This document shows positions 7,231-15,862 of a stretch of 24,000 nt of DNA, one piece after another. Under the pieces are notes generated by a model. The model was not told the DNA's origin and did not search any database. It was given only the letters and a program-made list of their open reading frames with translations. This stretch comes from Acidimicrobiales bacterium (lineage in GTDB: Bacteria > Actinomycetota > Acidimicrobiia > Acidimicrobiales > MedAcidi-G1). A program made the position numbers and the translations under genes. The DNA is taken from NCBI GenBank assembly GCA_045568635.1, contig JBJLAO010000004.1, forward strand, positions 149,212-173,211, read 5' to 3'. How positions within the stretch are numbered: the stretch's first letter is position 1; every line of letters begins with the position of its first letter.

Positions 7231-8875
7231 CTAAATCCAACAAATTTATGTCTACTTTTTTGAAAAGTGGTTTTGGTTTTTCGATTTTCTTTCCATATTC
7301 AGGTTCTTTTCTTTGCCAAGAATCGACTGTGCCGAATACGTCATTGAGCGACTCGGTCGAGAAAGGTAAATAAGGTGCTAAACAAACACGCACACCAGCT
7401 ATAGCTGACAAGGCTGTGCCTAATACAGTGGCTGCTCTCTCAGGGTCTGTCTTTGAAAGTTTCCACGGTTCCGTCGAATTTAGATAAACATTAACTTCAG
7501 CTGCTCCTGACATTGCTTTTCGTAAAGCAGCTCTTAACTCCGACTTATCAATGTCTTCAGCCACTTCTTCTACGATCTGGTCGATTCCAGAAAGTAAAGC
7601 TAGGTCTTCACTATTTCTAAGTTCCGGCGATGGAATTTCTGCGTCACAGGAGTTATAAATCATTGACAAAACTCTGTTGACTAGATTCCCCCATGTGGCT
7701 ACTAGCTCTTCATTGATTCGTCGACAAATCTCTTCAACTGTCAGTTCAGTGTCACTTTGTTCAGGAAAAGAAGCTGCCAATGCGTATCTAAGAGAATCCG
7801 CTTCAAAAACCTCGAGGCTCTCGGTGATTGTTAAACCTACCCCTCGGCTAGCGGAGGCCTTGCCTCCTTTAAACGTCACATACTGATTCGCTGGAACATT
7901 ACTGGGTAAATTTAAATCTCCATAACCCATAAGCATTGCGGGCCAAATAATGGTGTGAAAAGGAACATTGTCTTTGCCAATAAAATAGACCGAACGGCTA
8001 TCAGGATTTGACCACCACTTTTTCCAATCATCTTCCGAACCATTATTTTTTGACCATTCTTTAGATGCAGAAAGATACCCGATGACTGCTTCAAACCAGA
8101 CGTAAATTTTCTTGTCTTCACCTATTCCATCAATTGGAACTTCAACACCCCAATCCAAATCACGTGTAATTGCACGATCATGCAAACCCTCCTCAATCCA
8201 TCCTTTTGAGAAATTCAAAACATGATTACGCCAACCCTCTCTTCCTGAAAGCCACTCAGAAAGTGGTTCTTGGAAATCTGACAATCTTAAATAAAAATGT
8301 TCGGTTTCTCTGAGGGTGGGTTCGCTTCCACTAATTTTTGAAACTGGGTTAATCAACTCTTCGGGATCTAAAGTCCTCCCACAATTTTCACACTGGTCAC
8401 CTCTGGCTTCAGAATATTCACAATGTGGACATACTCCTTCTATGTATCTATCCGGCAAAAACCTTCCAGCGTCTTCATCGTAAAACTGTTCTGAAGAACG
8501 CCTGTCGATATGGCCTTTCTCAAAAAGTTTCGTGAAAACGTCGTGCGTGACCTTTGCATGATTTTCAGTTCCAGTGGAAGTGTACAAATCCCAACTAATA
8601 GCTAGTTTCTTCCAATTATCTAAAAACTCTTCATGGTACCTGCCAACAATTTCATCTGGCGTAGTTCCTTCTGAGTCTGCTCTTACTGTGATTGGAGTGC
8701 CATGAACATCAGATCCACTGACCATCAATACTTCGTTACCAGCAAGTCTTTGAAAACGGGCAAACACGTCAGCTGGGAGATATGCACCTGCCAAATGCCC
8801 TAAATGACGAGAACCGGAAGCATACGGCCAAGCAACTGCGACAAGAATTGGTACTGGATCGGTTTTGTTTGTCAT
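7223..8875 (-). CDS. metG: methionine--tRNA ligase (E. coli-like form with Zn knuckle, no C-terminal EMAP/Trbp domain)
   Basis: 550-aa ORF with PYASGSRHLGHLAG (HIGH-type motif HLGH), zinc knuckle CPHC...CENC, and VWFEA. The KMSKS position reads KASAS (FKGGKASASRGVG). Confidence 0.95.
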   Translation of the reverse strand: MTNKTDPVPILVAVAWPYASGSRHLGHLAGAYLPADVFARFQRLAGNEVLMVSGSDVHGTPITVRADSEGTTPDEIVGRYHEEFLDNWKKLAISWDLYTSTGTENHAKVTHDVFTKLFEKGHIDRRSSEQFYDEDAGRFLPDRYIEGVCPHCEYSEARGDQCENCGRTLDPEELINPVSKISGSEPTLRETEHFYLRLSDFQEPLSEWLSGREGWRNHVLNFSKGWIEEGLHDRAITRDLDWGVEVPIDGIGEDKKIYVWFEAVIGYLSASKEWSKNNGSEDDWKKWWSNPDSRSVYFIGKDNVPFHTIIWPAMLMGYGDLNLPSNVPANQYVTFKGGKASASRGVGLTITESLEVFEADSLRYALAASFPEQSDTELTVEEICRRINEELVATWGNLVNRVLSMIYNSCDAEIPSPELRNSEDLALLSGIDQIVEEVAEDIDKSELRAALRKAMSGAAEVNVYLNSTEPWKLSKTDPERAATVLGTALSAIAGVRVCLAPYLPFSTESLNDVFGTVDSWQRKEPEYGKKIEKPKPLFKKVDINLLDLDD

Positions 8876-8914
8876 CAGTGCCGAGGTTACCTCAATCTTT
8901 GGTTAAGCCCTTCG

Positions 8915-9787
8915 CTAATCTAAATCTGTGTACAACTTATAGGCTCTTCTTTTAGAAACGCCTAGTTGTCTTGAAGCCTGATCTGATGCATCTCGTGCAG
9001 ACAAACCTAAACCTCTGGATTCGCGAAGAAGTATGCTTATGTTTTCATCAGAGATAGTGGTTTTATGATCAGAGCCTTCTATCACTATGACCACCTCACC
9101 TTTAGGTGGCAATTTGTAATGCTCTGTTGCATTCTTTAGCGAACCACGCCAAACCTCTTCGTGGAGTTTCGTCAATTCTCTTACTACAGCAACTAGGCGT
9201 TCATCTCCTAAATGTTGACGCAGATCTTTAAGTGTTGCTGGGAGGCGCTTCGGAGATTCGAATAAAATGACGGTTCTTTCCTCAACTGTTATCTCTTTGA
9301 GAATTTCTTCCCTATCTTTTCCCTTTCGCGGAATGAATCCCTCCATTACCCACCGTTTAGTTGACATGCCACTAACAACTAAAGCAGCCAATACCGATGA
9401 TGCGCCAGGAATCACAGAAACATTAAAACCATTTTCTATGACTGCTCTTACAAGTTCTTCACCTGGGTCTGAAATACCTGGAGTTCCTGCGTCACTAACC
9501 AAAACAACGGTGTAGCCACTCCTAATTTTTTCAACTATCTTGGATTTTTTTTTGAATTCCGTATGATCATCAACTCTGATCAACTTCTTACTTTCCACTC
9601 CTATCAGGTTCAAAAGTTGGCCTGTTCTTCTCGTATCTTCACAGGCAATCAAATCTGCAGTCTCGAGCGCTTCTATTGCACGTTTTGACAAATCAGAGAG
9701 ATTACCTATGGGGGTAGATACCAGAAAAAGAGCTCCTTCTTCTTCTTCAGCCTCAGACATTAAAACGGAATTCCATAACATCGCCAT
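8915..9787 (-). CDS. rsmI: 16S rRNA (cytidine1402-2'-O)-methyltransferase
   Basis: LFLVSTPIGNLSDLSKRAIEALETADLIACEDTRRTGQLL and DAGTPGISDPG are RsmI/tetrapyrrole-methylase-fold motifs. The start is ambiguous: ATG 9787, ATG 9781 (GAGG 6 nt upstream), or ATG 9760 (8-nt ATGTCTGA overlap with the ychF stop). Confidence 0.9.
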   Translation of the reverse strand: MAMLWNSVLMSEAEEEEGALFLVSTPIGNLSDLSKRAIEALETADLIACEDTRRTGQLLNLIGVESKKLIRVDDHTEFKKKSKIVEKIRSGYTVVLVSDAGTPGISDPGEELVRAVIENGFNVSVIPGASSVLAALVVSGMSTKRWVMEGFIPRKGKDREEILKEITVEERTVILFESPKRLPATLKDLRQHLGDERLVAVVRELTKLHEEVWRGSLKNATEHYKLPPKGEVVIVIEGSDHKTTISDENISILLRESRGLGLSARDASDQASRQLGVSKRRAYKLYTDLD

Positions 9788-10826
9788 CCTCAGGTTTATA
9801 ATCTTTACCTTCGCTTCTTACAAGGCCTGCTTCCCTAGCTTTTAGCCATGAACCTTGTTCAAGTAACAACTGCCATTCGATTGTTTCGGCTCTAATAAAT
9901 CCTTTCTGGAAATCAGTATGAATTCTGCCTGCACATTCAGGGGCATTTGAATTTTCTCTGAAAGTCCAGGCTTTGCTTTCCTTTTCTCCAGTCGTAAAAA
10001 ACGTTCTCAAACCTAAAAGATGATATGCAGAACGAACGAACTTCGACAGGGCCCCTTCTCCTAGACCTAGTGCCTCTAACATTTCTGCCTGCTCTTCGGG
10101 AGTTAGTAAAGCGGCTTCAGACTCAAGTTGAACGCACATACCTATGACCTCTTGACCAGACAATTCTGCAATTACTGGTTCTAATATTTGATTTGTTTCC
10201 TCTACTTGATCTTCACCCATATTTACAACAGCTAAAACCGGTTTGTCGGTCAATAAAAAGAAATCAGACAGTAACTCTCTTTCTTCAGACGTCAGGTCAC
10301 TTTTATAAATCGGAACTCCTTCATCAAGCTGTTCTGAAGCATGTTTCAAAGAGTCGAGAATCTGACCAATAGATTTGTCCGCTCTCGCCGCCTTTTCAAT
10401 TTTTGATAACTGTTTTTGAGTGGTTTCTAGATCCGCTAGCGCCAATTCCACTTCTACAATTCTCAAGTTCTCAACAGGATCTGTTGGTCCCGGGACATCA
10501 CTGTCTGAAAATGCCCTGAGCACAAAAACAATTGCATCAACTTCCCGTATACCTGCGAGGAAACGATTCCCTAAGCCTTCCCCCTTAGCTGCACCTTCCA
10601 CTAGTCCACCAATATCGGTGAATTGAATGGTTGCCGGTACAATTTTTTTTGAATTGCTCATCTCTCCTAGAAGACTCAGCCTGCTGTCAGGAACGCGGGC
10701 TACTCCTTCATTTGGATCTGTAGTAGCGAAAGCGTAAGGTGCCGCTAAAGCACCGCCTCCCGCTAAAGCGTTATAAAGCGAAGACTTACCGGCATTGGGT
10801 AAACCAACAAATCCAAATCTTTCCAT
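9753..10826 (-). CDS. ychF: ribosome-binding ATPase YchF (Obg-like)
   Basis: 357-aa ORF with GFVGLPNAGKSSLYNALA (G1), FTDIGGLVEGA, and the C-terminal TGS-type end GKDYKPEDGDVMEFRFNV. Confidence 0.95.
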   Translation of the reverse strand: MERFGFVGLPNAGKSSLYNALAGGGALAAPYAFATTDPNEGVARVPDSRLSLLGEMSNSKKIVPATIQFTDIGGLVEGAAKGEGLGNRFLAGIREVDAIVFVLRAFSDSDVPGPTDPVENLRIVEVELALADLETTQKQLSKIEKAARADKSIGQILDSLKHASEQLDEGVPIYKSDLTSEERELLSDFFLLTDKPVLAVVNMGEDQVEETNQILEPVIAELSGQEVIGMCVQLESEAALLTPEEQAEMLEALGLGEGALSKFVRSAYHLLGLRTFFTTGEKESKAWTFRENSNAPECAGRIHTDFQKGFIRAETIEWQLLLEQGSWLKAREAGLVRSEGKDYKPEDGDVMEFRFNV

Positions 10827-10910
10827 TAAAAGCCCCTAAAAAATACAAATCAGATAATTAGACTACGGCAAGGATAAGGTCTCTGCTCCCTAATGAGGTA
10901 GCCTGCCGTT

Positions 10911-11000
10911 ATGTCGAAACGCACAAGTAAAAAGAAAACCAATGCAAGACGCAAAAAAGCTAACCACGGTCGTAAACCAAATGTGGGTAGAAATAGCTAA
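10911..11000 (+). CDS. 50S ribosomal protein bL37 (actinobacteria-type, 29 aa)
   Basis: Hand-translated as MSKRTSKKKTNARRKKANHGRKPNVGRNS*. It shares the KANHG(K/R)(R/K)PN core and basic N-terminus with mycobacterial bL37 (MAKRGRKKRDRKHSKANHGKRPNA as I recall it). GAGG lies 12 nt upstream. Too short for the ORF track. Confidence 0.75.
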   Translation: MSKRTSKKKTNARRKKANHGRKPNVGRNS

Positions 11001-11035
11001 TTGAAAAAATTCTTTATCAATAAATTGTTTACCTG

Positions 11036-12082
11036 ATGAACAACTTCCGCTCGTTTCTTATGCCGATCTTTGCAGTAGCGCTTGCTATTGCTACAGGAGC
11101 AATAATAATCGCCCTCTCAGGTTCCTCTCCTGTAGATGCTTACAAGGCTCTAATAGAGGGATCATTGAGTGACTCAAAAAGCATTGGAAGAACCCTGGAA
11201 AAAGCTACGCCTTTAGTTATGGGAGGCCTTGCTGTGGCTTTTGCTTTCAAGGCTGGACTTTTCAATATTGGAGGTCAAGGTCAGCTGGTTTTCGGTGCCC
11301 TAATTGCCGGAGCTGTTGGGTATGGAATTACAGGCCTCCCATGGATAATTCACACACCACTAGCGCTCCTAGCTGGTGCAATTGCAGGGGCAATGTGGGG
11401 AGCTATACCAGGAATTCTTAAAGCGAGCCGAGGCGCCCATGAGGTAATCACGACTATCATGTTAAATTTTGTTGCCCTGAATATGACTGACTGGCTCGCA
11501 TCAAAGGTTTGGAGAGAAGAAGGCGTCATAGTTAGGACTCCCCATATTGAAAGCAGCGCTGAGATACCTAGGTGGGGTGAACTACCTACTGGCTTCTTCT
11601 TAGCTGTAGTTATTGCTTTCGCATGTTGGTATTTGTTGCGTAGTACGACTTTTGGCTTTGAAATAAAATCCGTGGGGCTAAATCCAAATGCTGCTAGTTA
11701 CGCAGGTATCTCAGTTAAAAAAATCATCATCATGACTATGTCAATTAGCGGTTTACTAGCGGCTCTCGGTGGAGCAATTGAGACTCAAGGAGTTGTCGGG
11801 AGATATGAACCAGGATTTAACGCCGGGCTCGGGTTTGAGGGCATAACTATCGCTCTTCTGGCTAGAACCCATCCCCTAGCTGTAATACCGGCTGCAGTTC
11901 TTATAGGAGCAATGGAAGCAGGCGGTTCGATGATGCAATTTAAAGCTGATGTCTCTCCAGAAATTACCGATATTATTCAGGCTCTAATTTTAATATTCGT
12001 AGCTACACCACTAGTTGTTAGATGGTTCTTAAGCCAGAAAGAAGCGAACGAGCTTTCCGTTTCGACTACTTGGGGTTCATAA
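11036..12082 (+). CDS. ABC transporter permease, BPD_transp_2 family (nucleoside/simple-sugar type, YufP/NupP-like)
   Basis: 348-aa polytopic membrane ORF with LFNIGGQGQ and HEVITTIMLNF motifs typical of BMP-family (CUT2-like) uptake-system permeases. Confidence 0.9.
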   Translation: MNNFRSFLMPIFAVALAIATGAIIIALSGSSPVDAYKALIEGSLSDSKSIGRTLEKATPLVMGGLAVAFAFKAGLFNIGGQGQLVFGALIAGAVGYGITGLPWIIHTPLALLAGAIAGAMWGAIPGILKASRGAHEVITTIMLNFVALNMTDWLASKVWREEGVIVRTPHIESSAEIPRWGELPTGFFLAVVIAFACWYLLRSTTFGFEIKSVGLNPNAASYAGISVKKIIIMTMSISGLLAALGGAIETQGVVGRYEPGFNAGLGFEGITIALLARTHPLAVIPAAVLIGAMEAGGSMMQFKADVSPEITDIIQALILIFVATPLVVRWFLSQKEANELSVSTTWGS

Positions 12083-13098
12083 TGAGCGTGAATCAAACAA
12101 AAGACATTAAACAATTCTTTTTTAAAAAGAGATGGTGGGTTTTAACTGCTGTGCTTCTTGCGTTTTTTACTCTTTGGACAGCAGAATTTGAGCAGGCAAA
12201 TACAACCTCTGTTCTAGTTAGCACTCTGAGACACTCAACCCCTCTGGTTCTTGGTGCAATGTGTGGCCTTTTGTGCGAACGGTCCGGTGTCATCAATATT
12301 GGAATTGAGGGACAGATGTTGATGTCTGCTTGGGGTGGTTTTATGGTTGCCTCTGCATCTGGCAGTCTACTAATTGGTGTCTTTGCGGGAATAGGAATAG
12401 GCATGATGATGGGAGGTGTACTAGCCGGTATTTCAGTGGGTTTGCGAGGTGATCAAATAATCGCTGGGACTGTAATAAATATTGCCGCTATTGGGATAAC
12501 CAGCTTCTTTTTCTCTTTAGGGAGAACATTACCGTCAGGGAAAGCTCAAGTTATTAAACTTGGGCCTCTAGCGGATATCCCAGTTGCCGGAAGGGTTTTA
12601 TTTTCAAATAAACCGATTACATTTTTAACACTCTTGATGATTCCAACTCTTTGGTTTCTTCTTTTTCGAACTAAATGGGGACTGCGTACCAGAGCCGTAG
12701 GCGAACATCCCAGCGCAGCAGAAACTGTGGGTATTTCTGTAATAGGCATGCGCTATTTTAATGTCATTATCGGAGGTGGAATTGCAGGTTTAGCGGGAGC
12801 TTACTTAAGTCTGGAAGCCGTTGGTTCCTTCGAACGCGGAATGACGAATGGAAAAGGATTTGTTGCTTTAGCTGTGATGATTTTTGGTCGATGGAATCCT
12901 ATCGGAGCGTGGGGAGCTGCTCTTTTATTTGGCTATTCGAGTGCTATTCAAACCCAGTTTCAATTTAGGGATTGGTTGACAAACGACCCTCAATTTATCG
13001 GAATCATTCCTTTTGTAGTAACAATCGTTGTTCTAGCTGGATTCGTAGGGAGAGCTAGACCTCCTGCTTCTATCGGTCAACCTTATTCAAGGGAATAG
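12082..13098 (+). CDS. ABC transporter permease, BPD_transp_2 family (YufQ/NupQ-like)
   Basis: Polytopic membrane ORF with INIGIEGQM and GEHPSAAETVGI motifs. The start is set at ATG 12082 (MSVNQTKD...), which overlaps the upstream stop as TAATG. The track ORF start at 12022 lies inside the preceding gene. Confidence 0.9.
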   Translation: MSVNQTKDIKQFFFKKRWWVLTAVLLAFFTLWTAEFEQANTTSVLVSTLRHSTPLVLGAMCGLLCERSGVINIGIEGQMLMSAWGGFMVASASGSLLIGVFAGIGIGMMMGGVLAGISVGLRGDQIIAGTVINIAAIGITSFFFSLGRTLPSGKAQVIKLGPLADIPVAGRVLFSNKPITFLTLLMIPTLWFLLFRTKWGLRTRAVGEHPSAAETVGISVIGMRYFNVIIGGGIAGLAGAYLSLEAVGSFERGMTNGKGFVALAVMIFGRWNPIGAWGAALLFGYSSAIQTQFQFRDWLTNDPQFIGIIPFVVTIVVLAGFVGRARPPASIGQPYSRE

Positions 13099-13102
13099 TA
13101 GA

Positions 13103-14629
13103 ATGCCGTCAAACACTCTCGCACTTGAAGCAACTGGTATTTCAAAGACCTTCGGAAGTGTCAAAGCCAACGATCAAATAACTCTTGAAGTCAAAAAAGG
13201 CAAAATTCATGCTCTTCTCGGTGAAAATGGTGCTGGTAAAAGCACATTAGTTAATATTCTTTTTGGTCTTTACAAAGCTGATTCTGGAGTAGTCAAAGTG
13301 AACGGCAAAGCTGTCGAACTTGGCCGCCCTAAAGATGCAATTGATCGTGGAATTGGCATGGTGCATCAACATTTCCAATTGGTGCCCATTCTGACTGTTG
13401 CAGAAAATATCGTCTTAGGTAACGAACCAGCCAATAAGGCCAATGTAATTGATATCGAGAACGCTAAGGAAAAGGTCAGAGAGCTGGCAGAAAAGTACCA
13501 ACTGGAGGTAGATACCGAGGCAACAGTAGAAGACCTGCCAGTCGGTACGCAACAACGAGTTGAAATTCTTCGTTCTCTTTACAGAAAAGCTGATATTTTG
13601 ATCCTGGACGAACCTACCGCTGTCTTAACACCTCAAGAAACTGACCATCTTCTGCAGGTCCTTAAGAAGCTTGCTTCGCAGGGTGTTGCGGTAATTTTCA
13701 TCACTCACAAGCTGAGGGAGGTTCTTGAAGTAGCCGACGAGGTTACTGTAATGCGTAATGGTCAAGTAGTAGGCTCTACAACTCCTTCAGAAACAGATGA
13801 GTCTGGTCTGGCCGAAATGATGGTTGGCCGTAGTGTGGTTCTTCGCGTATCTAAAGAAGCATCATCACCTGATGAAACAGTGCTCACTGTAAGAAACCTT
13901 TCCGTTAAAGACGATAGAAAACTTCTAGCGGTAAATGACCTGTCTCTTGAAGTCAGATCAGGTGAGATTTTTGGCATAGCTGGCGTTGAAGGCAATGGGC
14001 AAAGAGAACTTGTCGAAACCATCACTGGATTGAGGAATATAAATGCGGGAGAAATTTTTATTGGTGAAACTTCGATAACCGAATTTTCACCAAGACAAAT
14101 CAGTGAATTGGGTGTTGCACATATCCCTGAGGATAGAGAGAAACACGGATTAATTGGGTCACATTCAGTTGCAGACAATTTAATTCTAAACAGGTATTAC
14201 AAATCTCCTTTCTCAAATCGCGGGATCCGCCAGCAAAAAGCGATTGCTAGCTACGCCAAAGAAATGGTTGAAAAATTCGATATACGTACACCCAGTATTG
14301 AGACACCGTCAAGTTCTTTGTCGGGTGGAAACAAACAAAAAGCTATTGCCGCTAGGGAGTTCTCCCATAACGCCAGACTTTTAGTTGCATCTCAACCCAC
14401 TCGAGGTATTGATGTAGGAAGTATCGAGTTCGTCCATCAACAGTTGATTAAACAAAGAGATCAAGGATTGGCTGTTCTTTTGGTTTCTGCTGAATTGGAT
14501 GAAATTCTTAGCCTCTCGGATCGTATCGGTGTCATATATCGCGGCCAATTAATCGTTACTGCAAACGCTGCGGATCTTGATCGGAATAGAATCGGTCGAA
14601 TCATGACAACTGGTTCAGATATAACTTGA
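13103..14629 (+). CDS. ABC transporter ATP-binding protein, tandem NBDs (CUT2/YufO-NupO-like)
   Basis: 508-aa ORF. NBD1 has GENGAGKST, VGTQQRVEIL and LILDEPTAVL. NBD2 has a degenerate GVEGNGQREL, LSGGNKQKA and LLVASQPTRGIDVG. This asymmetric pattern is typical of sugar/nucleoside importers. Confidence 0.92.
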   Translation: MPSNTLALEATGISKTFGSVKANDQITLEVKKGKIHALLGENGAGKSTLVNILFGLYKADSGVVKVNGKAVELGRPKDAIDRGIGMVHQHFQLVPILTVAENIVLGNEPANKANVIDIENAKEKVRELAEKYQLEVDTEATVEDLPVGTQQRVEILRSLYRKADILILDEPTAVLTPQETDHLLQVLKKLASQGVAVIFITHKLREVLEVADEVTVMRNGQVVGSTTPSETDESGLAEMMVGRSVVLRVSKEASSPDETVLTVRNLSVKDDRKLLAVNDLSLEVRSGEIFGIAGVEGNGQRELVETITGLRNINAGEIFIGETSITEFSPRQISELGVAHIPEDREKHGLIGSHSVADNLILNRYYKSPFSNRGIRQQKAIASYAKEMVEKFDIRTPSIETPSSSLSGGNKQKAIAAREFSHNARLLVASQPTRGIDVGSIEFVHQQLIKQRDQGLAVLLVSAELDEILSLSDRIGVIYRGQLIVTANAADLDRNRIGRIMTTGSDIT

Positions 14630-14633
14630 AAAT

Positions 14634-15386
14634 ATGAGCATTGAGATTGACCTAAGTGGGAATGTCGCATTGGTAACTGGTGCAAACAGTCCAATAGGTT
14701 TAGCCGTTTCTTCTGAGCTTAAAAAAGCAGGAGCAGACCTAGTTCTCGCCACTCACAATAACGACGACAATGTAAAATCCTTCATAAATTCTATTCCAGC
14801 GACAATTCTGAACGCAGATCTTCGAAATCCTCAAGAGGTTGAAAAACTTATCTCTGAAACTTTTGACATAAACAAACAGTTAGACATTATTGTCAATAAC
14901 GCCGCTCTTCAAAATGTTGAAAACCTTAACGAAATAGATTCAGACAGTTGGGACGCTGTCTTGGAGACCAACCTCAGAAGTATTCATCTTCTGATGCGTG
15001 CAGCAATACCAACTTTAGAAAAAAGTAACAATGCTTCAGTTGTGAACATAGCTTCAATTGAAGGTCACCATCCCGCCAGAGGCCATTCGCATTACTCGAC
15101 AAGCAAAGCTGGTTTATTGATGTTGACTAAATCAGCTGCTCTCGAGTACGCGGATTTTGGAATCAGAGTAAATTCTGTTTCCCCTGGACTGATTGATGAT
15201 GGAAATCTGAAGGAACGTTGGCCTGAGGGGCTCAACAGGTGGTTGGATTCTGCGCCGCTTAGAAGGGCGGGGTCTCCTAAAGACGTGGCTAATGCTGTGG
15301 TTTTTCTATCATCCCCTATGGCAAGTTGGATAACTGGATCAGATTTAGTAGTAGATGGTGGCGTCTCGAGTAGTTCAACATGGTGA
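14634..15386 (+). CDS. short-chain dehydrogenase/reductase (FabG-like SDR)
   Basis: 250-aa ORF with VALVTGANSPIGLAV (TGxxxxIG, third Gly replaced by Pro), NNAA, catalytic S...YSTSK, and PG...D. It starts 4 nt after the ABC ATPase stop. Confidence 0.9.
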   Translation: MSIEIDLSGNVALVTGANSPIGLAVSSELKKAGADLVLATHNNDDNVKSFINSIPATILNADLRNPQEVEKLISETFDINKQLDIIVNNAALQNVENLNEIDSDSWDAVLETNLRSIHLLMRAAIPTLEKSNNASVVNIASIEGHHPARGHSHYSTSKAGLLMLTKSAALEYADFGIRVNSVSPGLIDDGNLKERWPEGLNRWLDSAPLRRAGSPKDVANAVVFLSSPMASWITGSDLVVDGGVSSSSTW

Positions 15387-15860
15387 TCAATTGTCAAAAT
15401 TGATTCGAGTTAATTCATAAATTTTTTCTTTACTATCTGGCCAGCCTTTAAGCAATTCTTCTCTATCTGCTAACTGAAACATTTCTTGCGAATAAGGAGG
15501 AGCCATCGTGGTTCCTAATAACGTCCACTCTCCTGTTGTTTTCGAACCCTGCCAAACTCCCGGTTCAACAATTATCTGCGGTCGATGTCCGGAATCAAGA
15601 TCTGAACCCAGAACTGGTTCCTCAACTTTTCCGGAAGAATCCAGCAAAAGCATTTTTGCGGGTGCCCCAGCGTAGTAGTGATACACCTCAACTGATTCCA
15701 GTTTGTGCATGGCAGAAAAATTATTTTTAGTCAACAAATAATAGATGGCTGTCGAATTTTCATCTTTGAGAGTTTGTGCCCACATGCCGCCTTCGAGCGG
15801 CAAGGGCTCAAGACCTAGGATGTTCGATATCTCCTCTGAGGTCTTTTCATTATCTGACAT
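15387..15860 (-). CDS. cupin-fold protein of the DUF985 (cupin_5) family
   Basis: 157-aa ORF with LGLEPLPLEGG, AIYYLL...FSAMHKL.SVEVYHYYAG and WTLLGTTMAPPY. This matches the DUF985 pattern (L.PHPEGG..., IYYLL, S.FHR..sdE.WH...G). It starts 2 nt after the amidohydrolase stop. Confidence 0.8.
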   Translation of the reverse strand: MSDNEKTSEEISNILGLEPLPLEGGMWAQTLKDENSTAIYYLLTKNNFSAMHKLESVEVYHYYAGAPAKMLLLDSSGKVEEPVLGSDLDSGHRPQIIVEPGVWQGSKTTGEWTLLGTTMAPPYSQEMFQLADREELLKGWPDSKEKIYELTRINFDN

Positions 15861-15862
15861 CT

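Noticed and set aside
12022-12081. Longer start for the second BPD_transp_2 permease (MVLKPERSERAFRFDYLGFI...)
   Set aside because: This extension lies entirely inside the 3' end of the first permease gene in another frame. ATG 12082, with its TAATG coupling, is the more parsimonious start.
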